A stretch of DNA of 64,000 nucleotides from Bugula neritina (Eukaryota; Animalia; Bryozoa): contig OZ037773.1 in the NCBI GenBank assembly GCA_964035545.1, positions 1,083,751 to 1,147,750 on the forward strand. Direction: 5' to 3'. The position numbers and the translations under genes are program-made. Positions 52,125 through 64,000 of the stretch are shown here, piece after piece (within the stretch, counting starts at the first letter, position 1; each line of letters begins with the position of its first letter). Under the pieces are notes generated by a model. It did not search any database and had not been told where the DNA came from. It saw only the letters and a program-made list of their open reading frames with translations.

Positions 52125-55100
52125 TCAAAACTCATCTAAGTCATCGTCACTGAATCCTTCCTCTGGAAAGTTGCCAACTTCAACTGACTCTACCTTCACG
52201 AATCCACCATACTTGGGTGGACATTCAAAGTATCTCTTTCCCTGCACACTGAAACACACCACACCTTTCATATTCTAAAGAGTCTAAACTTGCGGGTCAA
52301 ACAGTGCAGAGTTACATCATTGTTAGTGACCTTGTCATTACAACGATTATAAAATCATATTTAGTGTGCATCCCTAATACATCAAAACTACTATATTATA
52401 ATGAAGGGTTTGTGAATTTAGAAGATTTGAGCATACCAGGTGCAGCAAGTCTTTTTTGATAAGCACTCACCAAGTTAATTACTAATTACAGTCACTTTGT
52501 CATTCCACACATTACAGTCCACGGGAGTTTACAATGACAACCAAGATAAGGTACTGTCTAAAGCTGACAGATAAAAAAAGCTGTCAAATTAGCAAAACTC
52601 ACAGGCCATCATTCTTGCCGTGAGGTTCGTCATACTTAACTCCTACCCAAACACCCTCTTTAAACTCCGTCTCTCCAACGTACATGATGGTGCCACGCCT
52701 CTTGGGGTTCCCAGCTACCGTTATTTCACACCTTACAAATACAACTCAGAAATAAAATTCAAACAGACAAAATAATGTAAAGTGTCATTATGATGTCAAG
52801 AATTATACTCAGTGATAGGCTAGAATCTAGATCATTGCTAGAAAATTATAGGGTAGTAATAGCATAGTAATAATATAGTAGTAATAATATAGCAGTAATA
52901 ATATAGCAGTAATTATATAGCAATAGTAATATAGCAGTAATAATATAGCAGTAATTATATAGCAATAGTAATATAGCAGTAATAATATAGCAGTAATAAT
53001 ATAGCAGTAATAATATAGCAGTAATAATAATATAGCAGTAATAATATAGTAGTTATAATATAGTAGTAACAATATAGTAGTAATAATATAGCAGTAATAA
53101 TATAGCAGTAATAATAATATAGCATTGCTCCCACCTATCACCGACATTCATGACACTAGCCAACGCCTTTTCTTTCTCTTCTTTCAATCTCCTAGCCTCT
53201 TCCTGTCTTTGAACTTCTTCGGGCTGCTGCTCAGCGAACCTCCCTAATTTCATTCGCTGTTTAAATGCTCTAAAACAATTAAAATTCCATCTTTAGCTCT
53301 TTGAATCTACTGAAATATCGTGAATGAGCAACGGGAACTGCAACGACACACTTATGATAATCTTCATGTGGTGTCTATCACAAGGTCAGCACTATATAGA
53401 CTGAGGCCATACCGTACAGAATCTGTGCGCTTATTGTATTCCTCCTTTGAAATTTCAAATTTCTCTACTTTAGATACGTCTTCAAACTCTCCAAGCTTCT
53501 TAGCAGGATCGGTGACCTAGATATTGAGTAAGTAAGTAGGTCACGGAAAATAAAACTATAATAGAGCATCTTAGATGCTTTCTGTTGCATTAAGCAGTTC
53601 AATTACTATCTAAATACATACCTATCCAATGAATAGGCTTAATAGATAACAGATATAGGTCATGTAACTCTGCATCATATGTTCAGTCATATTTCATACA
53701 ACATGCCTTCGGCATTGTCTAACAATGTACTACTTAAACCAATTGAAGGGAAAGTCTGAGAAACTCCACCATCTAACTTAAAAGTTGATCAAATAAATTG
53801 GAAGAATTTACTCCGGAAAAATCTAATAAAAGTTTGAGATTCATGAAAACTTGGAAAATCTATGTCATCACAGCATCATGGAATACCAACATAATTACAA
53901 CGCCTGAAATTTAATAGCAAACAACACTAACATGTAGCCTCATATCATTGTCCACTGGGTATGAGCCAAAAAGGGCATCGTCATCATCCAGCCGACAAAC
54001 CAGCTTGTCGTGTTTATCATAAATTTCTAGCTTCATGTGAGCTGAGCTGCATCCCGTTTGTAGCTCCAACTTACTCTAAAATTGACACATAGAATAAAAT
54101 GTGATTATTATCATTGAAACTAAATACAAAATAGAAATAACCCAGTTAAAATGGCATCATTTTTCATAGTTGAGTTATATTAGAGTATAAGTACCTAATA
54201 GTTAAGCACAAGTAGAAACTAATCACATAACCATACACCATGTTGTTGTTGCTGAAGCTTTATTCTTAGGTGGTATGGTTGGCCATGAGTTGAATAATTT
54301 TTAGTAAACACTGTTATATATGCACACAGATTATTCCAATCCATTCAAATCATTGTGAAAGCACTTTGAAATAAAAATAATTTAAAAATCATCATTTATT
54401 TGAAGTTGAAAATATTCAAATAGTTTCAAAATGAAAATAAATAAAACTCCTTAACTTTTAGTCAAAATTATTGAATAAATAGATTCAAAATCTACTTAGT
54501 GGGTGCATCTCAATTGAGAAAATTGAAAATTATGTAGACTAAAACCATGGTTATTTAATGCCTGGTAGCCACTGGTTGACAGTGTTACCATAATTACATA
54601 GTATAAGCAACAATTGTAAATGCTAGTTTGAGCCATTAAAATGAGAATGAGTAGTAAATGAGCTGTCAGACACTGATAGAGACACCACAATGACAATTTT
54701 TAGGCTGATAGTTTCTCATCAGGTTTAACTAACTTGAAGTAGACTAAGACTACAAAAATTTTCTGTTACTCACCTAAAAGTAAATGATTTTAATTACTAA
54801 TTTAAATTAATAGCATGAGTATTACTAGCACTAATAGTAGGTAATACTAATACTATTACAGCATTACTAATACTAATAGTAATAGTAATACTCACTTAGA
54901 GCTAGTTTTACATATTTACAAATAACTAATAAGATTAAGTGGAACTTCAACTTCGAGAGCAACTGCAAGCTATACTAATACTCAAAGTCAAAGCTAAAGT
55001 TATGCATATCTTTTGACTTATACTAATACTTAGTTACAGTAACTTATTGACTAGTGACAAACAACTAGCTCTATGGGCTATGAGTATGTCTAGTGACTAT

Positions 55101-55301
55101 TCTTACACTTACAGTTACTCTCACTCGGATTTAGCTTTAGCTTGCGTTTCACTTTTAGTTTTACTTTTACTTTTAGCTTACCTTCAACTCAACGATTTTG
55201 CAATCTTTAGGAACTTTTCTTTCTGAAAGAAACGATGTTGCATTACTAGAAACTTTTACGTGAACTATTGATTCTGTTATAACTGAAAATTCCCCAGCCA
55301 T
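52125..55301 (-). CDS. TBCB: Tubulin-folding cofactor B, 251 aa, 6 exons: 55301-55182, 54075-53932, 53516-53413, 53269-53135, 52731-52603, 52248-52125
   Basis: Ubl domain ([24 protein letters not shown]), [22 protein letters not shown]-Gly [27 protein letters not shown], acidic DEF* tail; all GT-AG and in frame. Confidence 0.97.
52855..53125. repeat. ~14-17 bp minisatellite (TAATATAGCAGTAA)n in TBCB intron 4
   Basis: Directly visible. Confidence 0.95.
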
Positions 55302-56702
55302 TGTGATTGTGATGGTTTATTTTTTAGCTTACAGTTTCAAATAAATAACTGCGACTTGGTATAACTATAAGTATTAGTATAAGTTTAAGTATAACATGTA
55401 TTGATTTGGAAGTAGAAAGAATAAAACATTTAGCCCGTAGTACCATGTACGTGACACATATCTTTCAATCATTTGTATGGGTCGGTTAAGCCTTTGATTT
55501 TGAAAACTGTCCATCAGGTTTTGACTATAAACAGCCGATCCCGTTAAATACTTTCTTAAACATTTTGCATCGCGATAATGAATGGTTTTACTAGCAGCTC
55601 GAAATTAAAAGTGACGGAGTGCAATAATTTGGAATTCTCAAGTTTGAAATTGGAGTTAATTGAAATTCTTAGCTAAAAACTCGAGAGCCACAAATTACTG
55701 CGCTCAGTCACCCTCAACTTGAAGCTGCTTATAGTACCATTCTTTAATACCCGTTGGTCTTTAATTATAAGTCAGTATGAGTATTATCACTATTACTATT
55801 AGTATTAAAACTATTATGATTAATTATCAGTCAGTATATCAATATGACTCACTATATCAGTATGTGTATCACAATCGTTATGATTCTACAACTAAAATAA
55901 TAATCTTCCTCAAGCACATCTTTTTGATAATATATTGTAATCATATCATATTGTATTGTTCAATTTGACACACAGGACAGACTCAGAGATGTTATTCACA
56001 CTTATACTTATAGTTATTGTTAACTATTGAATTATCATTATTGATTATAATTATTAATAATTATTAAATTATAATATTATTATTGATAATAATTATAATT
56101 TTAATTTAAAATTTTTACTTTAATTTAACTTTTACTTATAGTTATACTAATACTTATACTTATAGTTATAGACTGTAATAATCCTTACTTATAGTTATGG
56201 TTATATTAATATTACTATTACTATTAGTTAGCAGAGTGTTCTAATTTTTACGAGGTGAGTTACTACTAGTGATTACTATTATAACTATTAGATTTAGTGT
56301 TACTCTATTAGTTGGAGTTTTAGCTTAAGCTTCTACTAGTGCTAGTGTTTCTAGTTCTAGTTGTATCTTCATCTTTAGCTTGATCATGTAATTGTCTTTT
56401 GTGGTTCACTTTTCATCAGTCGATTTAAAATACTGATTGTAATACTACTGCTAGTAGTAATAGTAATACTAAATCTAATACTAATAAACATAGTAATAAC
56501 AGTGCTGAGTTATGCTCATACTCATAGTCATAGTGGTACTAATACTGATAGTTAATGTCATGCTCACTGAATCTGATACTCATACTGATGGTCACAGTTA
56601 ATGTGATACTGATAGTCTGATACCAGGACTGGTGATGCACTTGTTATGATAAAAATTCAACGTTTAAAGTTATTGTGAACTCACTGGATAATAATTATAT
56701 TG

Positions 56703-57010
56703 TGTTGTAGGCTTGTAGCCTTCTGGTTAGCTAAGGTCTGTGTATCAGTATGGTTTGCTTGGCTTGGCTTGCGATCAATCTGTAGGGGGAGTTAGGACTC
56801 CAAGTTAGGGTACCGGTATTTGTTTAGTGGTACACAGGAAACTAGGATCCTGGGCTAGCACTCACTAACACACCCTAGCACATTCTATTTTATTCATACA
56901 CACAAGTTCTATCTCTATTCTCTTCTCATACACACTCTCTTTTATATGTACCACATTCATACAGGCCACACTTACACTATACCCATAGTAATGTAACTAG
57001 AACACCCAAA
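56703..57010 (-). repeat. Solo-LTR-like repeat related to 7320-7612
   Basis: Colinear shared motifs in reverse complement. Confidence 0.5.
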
Positions 57011-57519
57011 CACAGTTGTACGCTCTCCACACACATACCAATAAGAGAAGACAACCAACTAAGTTGAACAATATGATATAACACACTGATGCAGTGATAG
57101 TGAGAGATGGTAGTAGTAATAATAATGCTTTGCTAATAGTAATATTCTAATATTAATAGACCAGTGCTCATGCTCAACTGGTCTTACGATTACTGATACT
57201 CAAACGATACTCATAGTCAATGTCATTCCCATTGTGATTGTCATACTCATAGTACCATACTCTGTCAGAGTAATGCAAAAGGTAATAGGTTGATACTAAT
57301 AGTGATACTCATACTCACATTTATACTGATAACTAGTAAATTTTATTCACACTGATAATGATAATCATAATTGCTGACTATCATAATCATAATAAATATA
57401 ATTCATATTATGATCATAATAGGCGATAGTCACTATTACTATGATATTGTCATTGATAGGGATTGTTATTATTGACTAATTTTATTACATTTTTTTGTTG
57501 GTATAAACTTTCAGTTTCA

Positions 57520-58010
57520 TTATCAACCTATTTCTGCTACTACTAGTACTAGGCTGGGATGCATAGAACTTTTCTCAAGATGTGAGCTTATCCTAGTAAA
57601 ACTGTCGGCTGAATCAGTGTGTATTCTTGTCTCAGCTACTCTATGTAATGCTATCAAATCGACAGTCTTGTATGTAGTTCCAAGACCTCTTATTACAACG
57701 ACTTGTGTTGTTGCTTTCCAAAAGCAGGTTGTTTTAGTGCTAAGTCTTGATATTTTCTTATCTTCTCTGATTTTTCTTTTTTTTCTCAGTAATGCTTTGT
57801 ATTCCAGAACTTCTTCACCTTTCAAACACTTATGCAGATAATTAGCTGTCACTGCATGCAACTTTGTCAGATTCTTAATTCAGAATCTTTGAATTTGGTC
57901 TTGGTTATTGCCAGTTGAGTATTTTGCTTACTATCTTCTTCACATCAGCTACCTTAATATTTGAGTTCTCATTTCTCTCTATGTGCTCCAATTTGTTATT
58001 TGCAAATCTG
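57520..58010 (-). mobile_element. Degenerate non-LTR RT N-terminal fragment (R4/Dong- or RTE-like)
   Basis: SKILNW..P, then across a frameshift IKNLTKLHAVTANYLHKCL; resembles the NWKAPGPD...WLKNL..LH region. Confidence 0.45.
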
Positions 58011-58624
58011 AAATCTTTTGATATTGAATATATTTAATTATATAGTTTATCCTAATCGTTGTAACCATTCCCACAGCATCATTACTACTTTAATGATCAT
58101 TTTTATATTGTTTATATTCTTAAAATAGAAGACTGTTTAGGGAAATTTAAATAAGTGTATTCACATTTGGAGTGATTTGCAGCCAATCAAACTTATGATT
58201 AGCATTGTTCAAGTAAAGGTTTACGGTAATAATATTTCTATGTTGTTTGCCAGCTGCTGTGGACTAAATAAAAGTTTTGAATTTAAAGCCATTCCTCTTC
58301 CTGTAGTGCTCATTTGGCTTCCAGAGATATGAGTTCCTTAGCATGGACACTAACAGCCACCCACTAAGTGGGTGGCTTAGTTTGCATTCGTTACACTGTT
58401 TGATTCCTAATTTATTTCATTTTTAGTAACATTTTATTTCCAAGCTTCTCATTACGAATGAATTTTTCATTTAATGTTTGGAAACAGTTGCATCAAATGA
58501 AACCACAATCAATTTTTTTCACCCATTTTCACCTATCTCCGCTTTGCCCTGTTTGGGTAGCGGGACGACCATAAGTTCAGTGTGATATAATCTTGTGGTT
58601 CTAACTTCTACAAAAGTAGCTATA

Positions 58625-60157
58625 ACTGCTGTATTGGACCTACTATATACTGTAACTACTGTATAATACCTACTATACACTGTAACTACTGTATAATACC
58701 TACTATATACTGTAATTACTGTATACTACCTACTATATACTGTAACTGCTGTATAATACCTACTATACACTGTAACTACTGTATAATACCTACTATACAC
58801 TGTAACTACTGTATAATACCTACTATATACTGTAACTACTGTATAATACCTACTATATACTGTAACTACTGTATAATACCTACTATATACTGTAACTACT
58901 GTATGATACCTACTCTATACTGTAACTACTGTATAATACCTACTACATGCTGTAACTACTGTATAATACCTACTACATACTGTAACTACTGTATAATACC
59001 TACTACATACTGTAACTACTGTATAATACCTACTATACACTGTAATTACTGTATAATACCTACTACATACTGTAACTACTGTATAATACCTACTACATAC
59101 TGTAACTACTGTATAATACCTACTATATACTGTAACTACTGTATAATACCTACTATACACTGTAACTACTGTATAATACCTACTATATACTGTAACTACT
59201 GTATGATACCTACTCTATACTGTAACTACTGTATAATACCTACTACATGCTGTAACTACTGTATAATACCTACTACATACTGTAACTACTGTATAATACC
59301 TACTATATACTGTAACTACTGTATGATACCTACTCTATACTGTAACTACTGTATAATACCTACTACATACTGTAACTACTGTATAATACCTACTATATAC
59401 TGTAACTACTGTATAATACCTACTATACACTGTAACTACTGTATAATACCTACTATATACTGTAACTACTGTATGATACCTACTCTATACTGTAACTACT
59501 GTATAATACCTACTACATGCTGTAACTACTGTATAATACCTACTACATACTGTAACTACTGTATAATACATACTGTAACTACTGTATAATACCTACTACA
59601 TACTGTAACTACTGTATAATACCTACTATATACTGTAACTACTGTATACTACCTACTATATACTGTAACTACTGTATAATACCTACTATATACTGTAACT
59701 ACTGTATAATACCTACTATATACTGTAACTACTGTATACTACCTACTATATACTGTAACTACTGTATAATACCTACTACATGCTGTAACTACTGTATAGT
59801 ACCTACTACATACTGTAACTGCTGTATAATACCTACTATATACTGTAACTACTGTATACTACCTACTATATACTGTAACTACTGTATAATACCTACTATA
59901 TACTGTAACTACTGTATACTACCTACTACATACTGCAACTACTGTATAATACCTACTAGATACTGTAACTACTGTATAATACCTACTATATACTGTAACT
60001 ACTGTATAATACCTACTATACACTGTAAATGCTGTATAATACCTACTATATACTGTAACTACTGTATCGTACCTACTATATACTGTAACTACTGTATAAT
60101 ATCTACTATATACTGTAACTACTGTAGAACACCTAATATATACTGTAACTACTGTAT
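58625..60157. repeat. 30-bp minisatellite (TGTAACTACTGTATAATACCTACTATATAC), about 50 units
   Basis: Directly visible. Confidence 0.99.
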
Positions 60158-61910
60158 ATTTCCCAGAAACGAATGACTGCCACTGAATCAAGGAAACTCA
60201 ATAGAAATCACAGCAGCAGCATGAAGACGGAAATATGAGGAACAACTAGTAGTAAAAAAGATGAACAGACAACTCCTGCTAGAGGAAAAGAAAGTGCTAG
60301 AAAAGTCAGAGAATCACTTGAGTAACTTTGATGTGGCATTACAGCCCTAAATATAGAAGAAATCTGGAACTGTGTCAGCTCTACGTCAGTAAACAAGGAC
60401 AGCACTTTGGAGTAGCAGTGATTGTTAGATGGAGAGAATTCTGGTGTGTCCAGTTCTGCAGTTTACCATGTGTAGAATAGTATCTCTGGTTCAAGCTGAA
60501 AATTTATGTATACAATTTCTGGTAGCCTACATATATTTTAATTCAGCTGAGTTTTAGTTAATTGCTTTTTTAACACTAGGTAGTTGTCTTCTCATTGCAC
60601 ACATAATGCTCTTTTCCCATTTGCTTTGGTCAACCTAATGCCCTTTCTATACCTTAGGCTATACATGTGGAGACGATGAGGAAAAGCATGAAGTGTTCCA
60701 GTGATTAGCAGGAAACAGGATGTAATCCCACAATGCAACACCTAGGTCTTAGACTCAGCTAGAGTCCACTCTTGCAGTTATATTGTGTTTTGTATCTAAA
60801 CAGGTCCAGTCTTTAAACTGCATCCATTGTCTCTTTATGTTGTCTGTTTATATTGTATTGATACCATTCTCTACTAGGTTTGAAGAGTATTATCTTTTAC
60901 GTTCTATTGTATGGATATTGTGCTTTTTTCTCATTACAGCACAATATAAAACTTATAAAATATAAAAATTAATAAAAAGGCAATCACAATGTTTTCATTT
61001 GAAGTAGAAACGAGCATTTTTGCTAACATTATAACTATCATAAATCACTATCAGTATTCACTAGTAGCTATCAGTATTCACTAGTAATTATCAGTACTCA
61101 TTACGTATGCAAAATGTTCAGGCGTAGCTTAGCTTCATGTCTCCTATCCACAAGAGCTGATAGGTGTATATTAGACTGGACTCCTCAACAAGTATGGGGT
61201 TCCCTCCCCCTTAGCTACAGTAAGCATGGTCCTCAGTATCACCCATTCAGCCAGAGCATTAAACCCAGCACTATATGAGAGAGTGGGTTGCAGTTTGGGG
61301 ATGATGCTTGCCCTGCCACCAATTTGATAAGCACAGCCAGTTCTCTGAGGCTATTGGGAGATTTCAGATCTTTGACTAGCCAGGGGCTGCTGTGACAAGA
61401 ATACTATACAGGGTTGTGATTGTCAGCTCACACATCCATTGCACCATTAAACTCAGTTATCGACCAGCAGAAAGTTGTTTGTAAGTTGTCTTCTCTATGA
61501 CTTTAAAAGCTACAATTCTTCTGCTACAATTCCATCAGCAGATAAGTGAGTGCTGTGAAAATCTACAAATAACACATGTAAATAAATTGATCATTACAGC
61601 TGTTGTGGTTGAATTGGATTGAGTTTGTTTGTTTGTATTTTCATCATAATAGTAGTTTGTCATAGTTTGAAAAATAGAAAAAAATCAGTGATGAGGGTCC
61701 ATATGCACAATAGCGAAGCTAGTCGAGGTGCTGGACCCAGAGGTAGCAGCCAGCAGAGCCCGCATGACGCGGACCCTAAATCAGTGAGTCAAGCAGGAAC
61801 TGCTTCAAGGCCACCGCAAACTCACTCCTACTTCGTATCTCCCTCAGATGTTTTGGGAGGGAGTTCCAGGCGTCGGCCATCTGATAGGTAACACTTCTAT
61901 TTGAAAAATT

Positions 61911-62817
61911 TACAATTGTGTGGCCAGGTAGAAACGTGTCTACACAAGTGAATTCACTCCAGCAGTATTACAATAGCAAAACCAGAGGCATTTGTACAGA
62001 CCTTTAGGGATAACTCCAGCTTCTCTCTCTCACCATTATCAGCACTGAGCAGTTTCACTTGAGAAGACAACTACCACAATGTTTTTTTCATTGCTGGATA
62101 ATAATGTAAAGTCATTAAGTTTTTTACAAAACTGTACAAGAGCCTGTGTATACAGGTTTCCAAATCACAACACTAACATGTGAGCTGCTTTAACATATAG
62201 CCATTATGATACTTCCAGTTTGCTCTCAAACTATCAGCAAATTAACAGAAAATCTTTGCTGCTGATTACACTTTTTTCACCATTTCACACCTAATATCTT
62301 TAGACCCTGGCTGCCGAACAAATAACTGATTTAGATAGCCGCTTATGGATTGGATTGGATTGAGTCATTTGAATAATCTACAACTGTTTGGCCAGGTAGA
62401 AACGTGTCTACACAAGTGAATTCACTCCAGCAGTATTACAATAGCAAAACTCAAAGCATTTGTACAGACCTTTAGGGATAACTCCAGCTTGTCTCCCTCA
62501 CCAACCATTAGAGCGCTGAAGAGTTTCACTTGAGAAGACAACTACCACAATGTTTTTTCATTGCTGAATAATAATGTAAAGTTAATAAGTTTATTACAAA
62601 ATTGTACAAGAGCCTATGTATACAGGTTTCCAAATCACAACACCAACATGTGAAGTGCTTTAACAAATAGCCATTATGATACTTCCAGTTTGCTCTCAAA
62701 CGATCAGCAAATTAACAGAAAACCTTTGCTGCTGATTATACTTTTTTCATCATTTCACACTTCATATCTTTAGACCATGACTGCTGGACAAATAGCCGAT
62801 TTAGATAACAGCTTATG
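61911..62817. repeat. Tandem duplication, period ~468 bp (61911-62347, 62379-62817)
   Basis: TGGCCAGGTAGAAACGTGTC... repeated, roughly 90% identical by eye. Confidence 0.95.
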
Positions 62818-64000
62818 CAAGGAAAATTTAGCCTTTTGTTCGAAAGGTCAAAAGTTCACTCAAATTGTTTTATCTAATATGCTCATATAAAGTCTCTAAC
62901 CATTGCTCTTTCTTATGTGTTTACAAAAAGCTTTCAACACTCTTAAATTTAACATTGAAAGAATATAGTGCATATAACAAAAGTTACGCAATGATTTTTC
63001 AGAAGCATGCATTTTGCACTTGAACTTGCAAACTCTTTTATAAGTAGCAGATGACAGATGATGAAGTTGATTCACACCTCTGATTGGCTAAGTTCCACAT
63101 GGCCTAATGACAATGTAAATTGTCTCTAAGTTATTATAAAGCAATTATTCATTCATTACACTTGCACAAAATGTCATATGAAAATATAACAAGCAACAAA
63201 GCTATTATTCGATACCAAGCCCTTAAAATGTTCATAGTTTAGTTTGTCTTGAGCCTAAAGACATGTAGATAAACTTCTTTGGTAGGCTTGTTTCTACGGC
63301 AACCAACACTTTTCCTATCAAAGTGTTATCAGCAACAAAAAGTATATCGGGAATAGTAAAGTTCTTATATCTGTAGCAAAAGCACAACTGCAATAAATGT
63401 TATTTTCCAACAACCTAAAATTGTTAAAGATGAAGTGCCATCTGCCACATGCAAAGCCATAATCATGCAAGACAAAATGATATCTGCAGCAAAAATTTAG
63501 AAATTAGAATAGTCTATTGTCTCAGGCAGTAACAAATGCAACAATGACAAAAGTTTTATAATATATTAATGCAGGCCCTAAACCTGTGAACGGAAAGAGT
63601 CAAGACAATTTTATTCATATTCTTTTACCTTCTAGCTCAACACAATGTTTTGGAAATCAAAATTATTTATTTTTCACATTTTTTAAGTGCTCCCTTTGTG
63701 ACCTCACCTGATCTCAAACCACATCTTCCAATGCGTGCTTCCTCAGTGGATCTTACTCCAGCAGCACTACAGTCATCTAATGCAGTCTAATTGTCATGGC
63801 AGCGTATAAACAGTCAGGTTGTCATGGCAACTCATGCGCAGCCATTATAGGGGAGAAGGCAAGAGAGACAATCTCCTCCTTAGGTGAATCCTCTAAGAAG
63901 TCTTGACGCCACTGAGAGAAACCAAGCCCATCACCATGCCACCACAACTACACAACATTTCATTTAGTATAACCATAGGCAATGTCTGCCAATTGTCAGT

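Noticed and set aside
52827-53147. 106-aa hydrophobic ORF
   Set aside because: Intronic minisatellite of TBCB
58903-59589. 228-aa Cys-rich ORF or CRISPR-like array
   Set aside because: Translation of a 30-bp tandem repeat with no unique spacers
60170-61900. Host exons in short ORFs (60208-60405, 61619-61891)
   Set aside because: No recognisable domain or consistent splice frame; contains stop-riddled, possibly TE-derived sequence

Overview
AT-rich, intron-containing metazoan (probably invertebrate) genomic DNA; the species cannot be named from sequence alone. Two host genes lie on the minus strand: a 3-Ig-domain single-pass membrane protein gene (767-4363) and TBCB (52125-55301). Between them is a ~46-kb transposon pile dominated by tRNA-Leu-primed Ty3/Gypsy LTR retrotransposons: five large copies labelled A-E here, a truncated 3' end F, a solo LTR G and an older remnant. 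The pile also holds two CACAG-terminated DNA transposons, Penelope fragments with a hammerhead ribozyme motif, LINE fragments and MITEs; satellites follow. Main discovery: four of these Gypsy elements carry, in the env position between integrase and the 3' LTR, a two-exon accessory gene: a tiny ATG exon, a 223-266 nt phase-1 GT-AG intron and a second exon (a fifth, D, keeps only its tail). In A, B and E it encodes two zinc-finger-like motifs, a basic/Pro-Ser tract and a coiled coil. It shows strong purifying selection between copies and appears to be swapped together with the LTR. Three insertions landed inside LTRs of related elements (A in B in F; E in G), and A plus B form a ~15-kb quasi-palindrome. 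All alignments and counts were done by eye.
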